Part shown: in pieces, positions 50,901-64,000 of the stretch
How positions within the stretch are numbered: position 1 is the stretch's first letter
Layout of the letters: the number at the start of each line of letters is the position of its first letter
Origin: Tubulanus polymorphus
Lineage: Eukaryota > Animalia > Nemertea
DNA: 64,000 bases
Direction of reading: 5' to 3'
Assembly (NCBI RefSeq): GCF_964204645.1
Contig: NC_134025.1
Span: 20,559,101 to 20,623,100 of the forward strand
Made by a program: the position numbers and the translations under genes
Notes under the pieces: generated by a model
What the model saw: the letters and a program-made list of their open reading frames with translations, nothing else
The model's database searches: none
What the model was told of the DNA's origin: nothing

Positions 50901-51236
50901 TTTGCAGCGAAAACAGTCATGCAGATGAAACTGAGCGAGGAGACGACGTCTGGAAAATACGTATCGGTCATGGATTTAGCGGGTGACGTGTTGATCGTGC
51001 CACAGGCTACGCTCGGCGGTAAATCTAAGGGTAAAGTCATGCAGTATCACGGAAACGTCGACAAATCAGTCGGCGCCGAACTGTACGCGTTATTCGTAAA
51101 AGAATGCTCGCATTGGCTGCAAAGTAGCGGCAAAGCTAAGGCTAATTCAAACGAAGTGAAAGCCGGTACCTACGGCAATAGGCAGGTGCTTAATATCGAA
51201 ACGAACGGTCCGTTCAGCCATCTAATAGAATTATGA
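47965..51236 (+). CDS. DTD2: D-aminoacyl-tRNA deacylase 2 / Animalia-specific tRNA deacylase (ATD)
   Basis: Exons 47965-48084 (PRSRALIQQCLSARLQ), 49440-49509 (RGIVVYICFLK) and 50908-51236 (PQATLGGK, QYH, GTYGNRQ, TNGPFSHLIE). Phases are consistent; AATAAA at ~51282. An acceptor at ~47945 implies an upstream non-coding exon. Confidence 0.93.
48306..49125. mobile_element. Tc1/mariner (pogo/Tigger-like) MITE with a nested smaller TIR element at 48729-48889
   Basis: TA|cagtggaacctcgttacaac ... gtaacaaggttccactg|TA; nested gggatcattcatttattacgta / tacgtaataaatgaatgaccc. Confidence 0.75.
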
Positions 51237-51859
51237 ACTTTTATGTGCATTTTGTCAAATTCTATGTAAAAATCTCATGAAATAAAAGAAATAATTTATT
51301 TGTCACTATTAATCATACTATGAATTTTCGTGCTTACAAATTATTTCTCATTTGGCTTTGTCGAAAGAAAGATTACCGATGCGACATCTATCGTCTTGTG
51401 ATTTTCCTTTTTGGCATGAATTTGATGAAAAGAGAATCAAATGAAGAAATCTATCGAAGAAATCTTTATCGTGAGATTCCATTCAAATGCAAAATCTATT
51501 TCGTTAAAGATTCTCCATAAGCGCATTGTTCTTAATAAGACCCTTCTAATGATAAAAATGTGGAGTGCGTCCCTGAAGTCACGTTCATGTTTCTCGGTTC
51601 ACCGAATCCCCAGGGAGGTTCTCACTGTCGATGACTATATTACTCTATATTATTACTATTGCTATAGATTACCACTATTGAATATTACTGTCGGCTACTT
51701 CATAACTATATATTACTGTCCATACTTCATAATACTAAACAATACGGATTACTTTTCATTTCTATGGATAGCTGCTGGTTACTTACGTATGGTAAGTGGG
51801 GCAGATTATACCTTGATTACGCGTATTACTTATATTACAGTAACATGGCATAAGTGCTG

Positions 51860-52030
51860 AGCTTTTTTTAGGTGAAAAAGCCTCAGGTGAATTCCATCGC
51901 TCACATAGGATGAGGTTGTATTACCGACATCTCATTTTCTCCATCAATGTTATACGATGAGGAAATGACAGTTAAATTACGCGCACGCGCCGGGGATCGA
52001 ACAACCCGGCTCCTAACGCCCACACGGGAT
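51860..52030 (-). mobile_element. tRNA-derived SINE remnant
   Basis: Minus-strand B-box GTTCGATCCCCGG near 51990-52002. Confidence 0.4.
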
Positions 52031-52324
52031 GATGTATTACCGAGATCACATTAGCAGGGGGCGGGGGTGGATGCCCCTTTTCTATCCCCCTAAAATTCAA
52101 ATGCTAGGTATGGCCCTGGTAGACCAATTAGTCGCCAAAACAGCATGGTTCTTTGTTGATATGCCTATTAGTATTTGGATGCATTTATCATCGTCCTCAT
52201 TTGACCAAGGGACGTAGAATTTTGAAATTGTCAGATTGTCAAACATAAATACAGAGCGTCTCAGAAAGGATTAATTATTCGTTAGATATAAATAAAATAC
52301 ATCCTTTTCTTGGGGAGGGGGGTT

Positions 52325-52700
52325 ATAGGTTGGTAGATAATAATGAATTTCCACGATAAGCCATAATATACTATATAACTCATTATTTTATTTTTGAAAA
52401 ACTTTGATAATTATGTTTTGAGAGGATGTGCACTACGTCATCAATATATCGGGGCCGGACTGGTTGCCGTTCTATTTAATTCAATTGTCGATATATTCAA
52501 ATCCAAGATTTAGGGCAGGTTGGTAGACAATATTGAATTTCCATGATTATCCATAATATACTATATAACTCTTATCTTTCTATTGATGAATTTTGATAAT
52601 CATTTTTCAGAGAATGTGTACTACGTCATCAATATATCGGGTCTGGACTGGTTGCCGTTCGATTTAATTCAATTATCGACATATTATTCAAATCCCAAAT
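52325..52700 (+). repeat. ~190-bp tandem duplication belonging to the actacgtcatcaatat repeat family
   Basis: aggttggtaga.aatat.gaatttcca.gat.a.ccataatatactatataactc ... actacgtcatcaatatatcggg..ggactggttgccgttc occurs at ~52328 and ~52518. Confidence 0.8.
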
Positions 52701-53516
52701 AACTTGATTGACGCTTGATTTTTATATGGTTTTCAACATATTTTTCATTGTCGACAACATTAAGCAATGCGCGTGTTGTTTTTCAAGGCGTCAATCAACT
52801 TTCAAGTTAGTCCCTTCGTTATCTCTAGGATCGGATTGATATCCATCCTGCAACGTGGAGATTATTGATATCACAGAACGCCGGAACTTTAACCGGTTTT
52901 AGACAAACACGATTGTTATAATATCCGATTCCGATAATTCGGTTAGGTCCAGTTGTAATTCCGTAATGGAAAGGCCGCAGATTAATGCAAGCCAGTTTCA
53001 ATTGAGACGTCAGCGATTGCTTTTAGATAATGGCTGGCTTAATTCGACGAAAAATTCCAACTGATTATGATGAATTTGCCCCACGAGACGCGGCAACGCG
53101 GGCTTCTTCTATACTCGTGTCATTAATGTAGGGATATATAAACTGGTTTATTTTATAGACAAATCGGCGCGGCATCTAGTGAAATACCGGATTTCATCGT
53201 TTCGTTACTCGACGAACGGAATCGACGGTTTAAAAGGTGAATTAAAAATAAAATTGTTTAATGCTGTAAAAACCAAGATATGCCGTTATTGAAAGAGCCG
53301 TTCTGTGTGAGACACGATGTACCCTACGTCATCAATATTGGCGTTCCAAAATAAGAACTACAATTGTGAATTTTTTGCGTTTATTTCATTGTTCGTTTGA
53401 TTGAGCGTGTGCACCACTACGTCATCAATATATCGGGGCTAGACTGGCTGCTGGTTAATTCAATTCAATTCAATAGTATCGATATTCAAATCAAAAATAA
53501 CTTTATTGATCCTAAC

Positions 53517-53718
53517 GTCCTCGGTAGCTCACAGTGAGATAATGCTGTCGCATCCGCTATCGGTGCTGAGTGACAGGTGGGTTCGAGTCCTGCTGGCTGC
53601 TTACAGTGTGCGGGCAACACTTCAAAGCCGTCCCGTCGTGAAGTTAAATGAAAAATCCAACAGGGTTAATCCCGGTAAACCAAGATCTGAACGACGTAAA
53701 GCCCAAAACAAACGAACA
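53517..53718 (+). mobile_element. tRNA-derived SINE
   Basis: A-box-like GGTAGCTCA, B-box GGTTCGAGTCC (53580) and a 3' end gacgtaaagcccaaaacaaac. It interrupts a copy of the dispersed repeat family. Confidence 0.65.
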
Positions 53719-54463
53719 ATAAATATTACATCTATAATACAAGCGTATATCATTTCATGTCGAAAATATTAAGCAATGTGTTTTTTTCAAAGGCGTCGTC
53801 GATAAACTTTCAAGTAAGTTTTCATGTATTGTTTTGTACGGGGCGTAGGTTGAAGGAAATCGGTCTTTCCGATTAATTTGATAATGAATTGTCACAGCAT
53901 TTTGATAAAGGGAACCAGATAAGAAAAAAAACAACAGACAGACGGTTGTTGCCACTGAAGAACGCGTTCACTCCGCCGGCTAAAACGCAACCGGTGACGC
54001 TGCCGTCTCCCCTCGTTTCCCGTAAGGTAAAGCGAAATAAACACAAAAACCGCTCGAGCGAAATAACCGTAACAAATTTCTTATTCGTCGAATTCCGCAT
54101 GAATTACGTAATTACTGACGTTTTCGTTCTCTTTTCGCTAATCGTGAGATAGAAACGACGAGCAAGAAGCAAAATTCGATCACCTATCGCCCGAATCTCC
54201 GTGATGTATTGAGTTTTTCGCGGAAACAGGCCGCCGTTTGTTCGCGTCACAAAGGCCTATCTGATGGCGGTTTGTTATACGCAGAAAAACCGTACAACGA
54301 TGCGTCAGGTAGCCTAATATAACAATAGTCAGAGATATGGGATCTCAAAAGGGTCTAAAAACCCGATTTCGTTTACTTCCTTTGTTATATGGACAAATTA
54401 TACATCGATGAAAAGGTAACATCAAAAGCCATCACTGGGTATGTTGTCACCCTTTAGGATTGG

Positions 54464-54503
54464 CACCTGAAGATTATCTCTAGGGTGAGATCGAAACGTC
54501 GTG
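54464..54503 (+). ncRNA. Penelope-type minimal hammerhead motif in a PLE remnant (~54440-54760)
   Basis: cac-CTGAAGA-ttatctc(tagggt)gagatc-GAA-ACGT-C-gtg: stem I cac/gtg, stem II atctc/gagat and palindromic stem III. Confidence 0.55.
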
Positions 54504-55064
54504 TTCTTTTGATTTTTTGATTTTCTCGATTTTTGAAAAACTTCTAGTTTGTAAACAGTAGGTTATTATCTAATTAGAATTGTTATGATTTCTGTTTTTG
54601 ATTTCGTGTTCTTCGTGTGTTAATGAGACAGTGTGTTACTTCGTGTGTTAATGTTTTTGCCGTCTGTCAGTTGGTTCGGATGTGTTAGACATGTCATTGT
54701 CTTCTGTATGCAAAACAGATCCACAGAAATTAATGACGATCAAAACGAAACAAGGAGGATTTGGATGTTGTAGATAATTGAGTGACGTGCAGTCCGAGTT
54801 GGTGATTCGAGGGACGGATCTAGGGTCTGATTCGGGGAGGGGTGCACCCCCAAGTAGGGCGTATCATATAATTAAAAGGGCACCCGAACGAAAGCTGAAA
54901 TTGGAAAAAATAACTTTTTCGAAATACAGACAAAAGTTTATGGGTTTATTAAACTTTTTCAAAGAAACATTTTGATACATTTATTTCGCCGTAAAACTTC
55001 TGGGAAATTTTAGGGGGGGGGGGGGTGCGCACAACCTGCACTTTCCCCTTTCTAGTCCTATGCA

Positions 55065-55223
55065 AACGGAACCTCGTTATCACGAACTCGGATACAGCGA
55101 TTCATCGGATATGACAAATACGTATAGAATTTCGTCTCAAGTAAGAACATTTAATTGATTGAATACTGGATATAGCGAACTATCGGTTATAACGAACAAA
55201 TTTTCTGTTCCCGTGCAGTTTGT
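55065..55223. mobile_element. Short Tc1/mariner-type MITE
   Basis: gaacctcgttatcacgaac ... gtttgttgtaacgaggttcagctgta; related to the TIR at 48306. Confidence 0.6.
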
Positions 55224-56099
55224 TGTAACGAGGTTCAGCTGTATATATGTATGTTCGTATAATGCGCACGACGTGCACGAATAGCGCATAATCGTTAACG
55301 TATGTCGCATGACGCGGGATTTATGGACGGATCTCTTACGTCACACGTCACAATTATTTATAGTAACGTTTCCCGTGGGTATCATAAAAACGCAGCCGCA
55401 TGGCCTCCGGTGCCGCCGGCATTGAATCTACCCGATGAAATCAAGGCGCGATAGCATTATACGTTTTTTTTCATAATAAACAATATTTTATGCCGCAGTT
55501 TATCAGCTCGCAGTAAAAACGTCCGCCTGCGCTCGCGTAACAGGTTATCTCGATAGCCGGATGATATCGAAGTTGATGTTAGAGTATATAAAAACCAAAA
55601 AATACATTGACTTCAAAGTTCTGCTACGCTCTGAAGATAAATGATAAAAAAGCATTGATATAATTGAATGTTTTTGTGGAAATATAGCTGCATGCCGGTT
55701 GACAGTGATGGCCAATTTGATGGCCGTTTGTTTTTTTATATTCGTAGTAAATCGATACGCCGCGCAGCCTACGCTAAGAAATAGTACGCGTTCATGATAG
55801 TGGAATGAAAATAACAGATTTGCTTCGAAAAAGTAGATTTTTTCTATAAGAATTGTGTGTATATTTTTGTTGTAAATAGCTCCCGATGGATAGTACCATA
55901 ACAGTAGACACGCGATAACCGTTGTAAACCACTAATTTAATTAAGTTGAAATTACTGAAACATTGACTACTGCACGTTGTGAGCGAGCCAAGGAAAATGT
56001 GCAAGGAATTTGTACTCAATATCATCTGTCATCTTTCGAAACAAATCAGGCGTGTTTGGTGTTCAAATTTTATCACATCAATGATTTTTCAATAGGGTC

Positions 56100-56510
56100 G
56101 ATAAGAATTTGCTGACACCGAAAAAAACCGTTTTGATAATGTTTACACATAATATATACGCATATTATGCGTTATTTGAGGTTCCATGTGAGTCGATGTG
56201 CGCTACGTCATCAATATTGGCGTTTCAAAATAACGATCACAATTATGAATTTTTGCGTTTATTTTACAATTGAATATGTTTTATTACTCTTATATTATTT
56301 TCAATTTATCTCAATGATTATTTTGAGAGGATGTACGTCATCATTATTTCGGGACTGGACTGGTTGCCGGTCAATTCAATTAAAAAGATCGATATATTCA
56401 AATCCAAAATAACTTCATTGATCCTAAACATTATGTTATTTATTGACGACGATACTACGCAGTGTATGCGTTGTTTGTCTAGGCATCAACAAACTTTCAA
56501 GTTAATTTTC
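56100..56510 (+). repeat. Longest copy of the actacgtcatcaatat dispersed repeat family
   Basis: Contains both sub-motifs (…caatattggcgtt and …ggactggttgccg) seen at 12.3, 52.4, 52.6, 53.3-53.8 kb and, inverted, at 62.7-63.0 kb. Confidence 0.7.
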
Positions 56511-58259
56511 CTATTTACTGATGATGCCAGTAGAACAGTCGATATTTGGACGCACGCCACCGGTTCCGTCACAAGCCGGCGTCGCATGACCCATTTAGTC
56601 GCGAGGACTATCAACCAGCCGGCAACTGAGAAGAAAATAGCTCTGATTCATTTATCAGATGGACCGGCTCTAATAAAACGCATTAATTGCACAGAAAATA
56701 GCAGTAATGATGTTGAGCAAGCAATATGTCTGCATGGCGGTCTTTAGGGAGCAATGCACGTAGGTCAAGTAGTATTAAGGCTACATCGGTGAAGCATATC
56801 AAACAGAACAGAAATAAACTTACATTTACCGATAGTGTATAGCGTTATCTCGCGATGTCAGGCACATTTTTTCCCCGGAATAAAACATGAGCGAACCGAC
56901 GGCTCTTTTTTGAAGTGGTCTTTTTTATCCGCGATCGCCTGTCATTGATCTAGTTGATGTTTTCTCGTTGTACAATCCACGCACAAGTTGTCGGCGATAT
57001 TTTCTGTTATTGTTCGTTTTTTGTGGCTATTTTTTGACGACGATCGCCACCTGATAAGAACTTAATCGCGCGGCATCGATGCGTAGAGGAAAGAATGCCT
57101 CGTAATACGGACAAAAAACCCGTTTCAGCTCCGATGATTATTTTAGTCGGGTTGTAATCGATTTGTTGATGTAGCGCGCTGGGCTATGAGGGTTTTTATA
57201 AAGTTTGCAAAAGGGGAGATAACTCAGCTTGCCAAGAGACGAAATATATGTGATACATGCAGAAATTGAAAACGGGAATGCAGTGCACAAATAGGAGCAT
57301 TTGTCTGACCAAATTCACCTTGTCTTCCATATAATCTTCGGAACGACCGAACGAAAATCAAATTCAAAAAAAATCAAATTCAATTTGATGATGTCATCAG
57401 CTTTTCTAGCGCAATATCTCTGAACATTCTATTTTCATTCAGTTGAACGTTATTGAAAAACCCCAATTTGTAATCAATTAATGAATACTATATGAATTTT
57501 TGCGTAAAATGGACACCAGCACTCTCCAGATGGCGTAGCAAAACACCGGGTTATTCGTAGTGGAAATCAGCTCATTTTCAATAGAATTTTAACTCGAGTT
57601 TTAGGCTGCCAAATCCGAAAATATCAAACGATTCATCGAATAGAAGATTCCCATTCTCACTCAGTGTATAGTATAGATTCCACTGAAAATTGTTTCACTA
57701 GAAAAAAAGGGAAAAGTTGAGAGTTTCATTGAAATGTAAAAGGAAATCGAAGCGCGGTAACCCAGTGCTACTAGCGATCCAGTCGCTTGCTACTGGAGCT
57801 TTGCCGGTATACCCGGATTGGTGTGTACTAGCATGTACAAGCCAAACTAGATTATGCCCCTCTCCTAAATTTGTTTAGGTTGTCTCCTCGGAAAGACGTT
57901 CGGTTATCCTCGACCGAATGCGATACATATACTTTTGTTATTTGTATTATCATTCAGAGGATATGATACCATCGTAAAACATATCGGATTATGAATTATC
58001 AGCTAGCCAACCGACCATGTACGGAGTTATTTTGAAGAGTATCGCATAAGCATCATATGACCATAACCATGGTTATGATGCATCATGTATTCGAATAGCC
58101 CCTCTTTGGACAACCAATCGAATATAGCTCAAAAGACCGCGTTCTAGTGAGGAGTCCAAACTTGATAACGTTTAGCAATATCCATCTTTTTAACTTAGTT
58201 TGATTGCAATGATTACATATTCAGTATAAGGACAGAAACTTATAAAAAGGGATGCGAAA

Positions 58260-61492
<3,233 letters not shown>

Positions 61493-62869
61493 TTCGTCAT
61501 CTGCACTACACTTTCTTCGAAAGATTACGGGGATTTTCTGTGCTTTCAAGATGAGCGTTCCTCGTGAGATGTCAACATTTCATTATACAGGGATATATAC
61601 ATTGTCTGAGCGATATGTAGAACAATAAAACTAGCTAATTTCAGATTCTATTGAAAATAACATTGCTGGATATTGTCGTCAATGACAATAAATGATATGA
61701 TGTATATTTTTCGATCTTAAAATAGGGATTGTCCCCGTTATTTATTTGGTAGGTAAATTTCATTTGATTTTTTGATGGGGTGTCCCTTCACGACCCACCA
61801 CACCTGCCGGTCGAGTTTGCAAAAGTATTTTGTTTAAATCGAAGTACATAATTTCCGGTTCATTCAAACAATTTTCCATTTAGTCTGAACCGGCAAGCGA
61901 CTGATTGGGTTGAATTTTCTTGGCTGCCTAATTTAATACATCGAAATTTTGGAATTAGCAATATTACAAGGTTGATGATCATTTTGTCCATTTTCAATTT
62001 TATTGGTCGTTTTCTACTTGTAAATAGTCCGATAGTTTATTTTAGTTTTTTCTCGGGTAGATGTTGATATAGAAGTCCTCTAAGTTGATTGTCCTGCGTT
62101 TTGACTAGATAGAAAGGAAGCACATTTCGAAACGAAATTTTCCAGCAAATTTTTCTGATTTCCGGTCCTAGGGTATCCGAAGTGTAGTTGTATGACATCG
62201 ACGGTGCAGCTCCGATGAGGATGGGTTTCTCCGTCAAGGGGTGCGCAGTTGATACTTCACATCTGGTGCTGAGTTTGCCTATAAGTAAAAGTTGTACACA
62301 GGGAGCAGTTTTGTGTTTCTAATATACAGTGCATAGTTAGGTCCGTGGATGCGTCGCAATCAAACGGACAGTGCTATGCGCATTGATAGACCGTCAGTAA
62401 GTAAGCGGCACAGGCACGTGATTATTAAATACATGTTTGCACACTTACGTATATACAGTCTTGATCGAGTTTTATTTACATTGCCACGATTAGGTTTTTG
62501 GTAAGTTTTTGATGAGACCGATGTCCAGAGACAACCTTCCAGCCACCATTGCGCGCAGATAGACTGTGCTTGCTATCCCGAAGCCAAAAACGGAAGCAGC
62601 GTTCCAGCTTTAAATGATGTATATAAACGACCAATAAGGATATTTTGTATACCAACAATTAAGTGGAAATGACCGGCGACCAGTCTAGTCCCAATATTAA
62701 TGACGTAGCACGCATACACTTGCACATTACCCTAATTATCATGAAAATTCATTAATATGAAAACATGAAAATTTATTGAATAAAGAATAAAAGTCATGAA
62801 ATTTAATTAATTACGAAATAAACACCAATATTCACAATTCAAAGTTCATAATTTGAACGCCAATATTGA

Positions 62870-62975
62870 TGAATTTGAGCATATCGACTCATACACTATT
62901 CCCTTAGATTTTGAGCATATCGAGTCAACCCCCTTAGATTTTGAGCATATCGACTCATACACTACCCCTTAGATT
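62870..62975. repeat. Three ~30-38 bp tandem units inside an inverted copy of the dispersed family
   Basis: ttgagcatatcga.tca...cccttagat x3. Confidence 0.75.
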
Positions 62976-64000
62976 AGGCATAGAAGTTAGCAACGTACAA
63001 ATACATTTTTGTAACGGTTTTTACGGCGTCAAATAACTCCGGCGATAACTAACGATTTGTGCTAATGAAAAGTCACTACCGCCACACTGCCTTTCGGATG
63101 AAATCATATTCTGAAAATGAAACGCCGTGCTTATACTACTGGACATCTTGTTAATCAAAATTGGAACTTAGATCCCGAGCAGTGTTGTAATGAAATATTG
63201 TTTAGTTTCTAACAACACTCATTCGGAAGTAGAATATTAGTTGTGTATAGGATTTCTGCGTGAATAATGCATGAGACGCCTTATATTTATGGCCTGCTTT
63301 GTGTCATGCGGAGTTCGTAAGATGGTACAAATTGCATCCTTTTCATTACGGCTCCCCGTATGAAAATTCCGACCGAGTCGCCTAAAAAGCCAACTCGTAA
63401 TATTGCAGACATTTGGGAAATGCGGTATCCGTGTAAATTTTTGATTTGTTCCACTGCTGAGGCAAAATTCAATATATTTGGATAAGTGGTTAGATGCGTG
63501 TTGAATGTGCGATTATGCGGGCCACAGAGTACGTGCCCTTCGCATTTGGTTTTCCACGAATATTATTATTACCTCGCCCAGGCCACCTAAGAGAAGGATA
63601 GGATAATTCTATTTCGTGGCAAAGGCATGCTGCAATGAGAGTTAAAAGATAATCGGCAGTGTAGGTCTGTATATGCACGAAATCCGTGATGGTGTCAAGT
63701 TGATATTAAGTTTCGCTGCATGTTTGAAAATGACACCTCCTCCAACATAGGACACGTAACAAAATCCATTAACTGCTTGGAGGAAAGTATAGTTGGTAGA
63801 TCAGTTTCAGACCAAAGCTGGGATTCGCCGTGGTTATGGAACGTAGTGTTAACCACCTTGGTTTAAGTATAGTGAAATAAGAATGAATAGGAAAATATTG
63901 ATTCCATTGATATACTATATGAGAAATTCTATTGTAATTCTCGAGTTTATTTATTTTTCCTTCTGCGCAAGAACCATAAAAACGTCGATTTCTTGTGATT

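Noticed and set aside
52430-53440. CRISPR-like recurrence of actacgtcatcaatat
   Set aside because: Irregular spacing, homologous 'spacers', eukaryotic context and no cas genes.

Overview
Eukaryotic, AT-rich, intron-rich invertebrate DNA (probably a lophotrochozoan; no prokaryotic features). Most of the window is a direct tandem duplication (~1.5-25.8 kb and ~26.4-46.2 kb) of a head-to-head gene pair. On the minus strand each unit has a 17-exon secreted astacin (M12A) metalloprotease with an unusual layout: signal peptide, C-type lectin-like domain, long prodomain, furin site, astacin, 2x fibronectin type II, TSP1, WSC-like, 2x TSP1. On the plus strand each unit has a 15-exon SLC6 Na+/Cl--dependent amino-acid-type transporter. 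All four genes splice into open reading frames by manual GT-AG reconstruction. The strongest novel signal is in SLC6 copy 1, which carries two tandem 104-nt versions of the exon encoding the substrate-binding helix TM6. They look mutually exclusive and differ at known specificity positions, and copy 2 has only one. Also present: a decayed rhodopsin-class GPCR (1-653), an intact 3-exon DTD2/ATD gene, two LINE fragments (one inserted into a Helitron-like element), many MITEs, SINEs, Penelope-type hammerhead-like motifs and microsatellites. Exon coordinates were read by eye and may be off by a few bases; family calls rest on motif recognition, not database searches.
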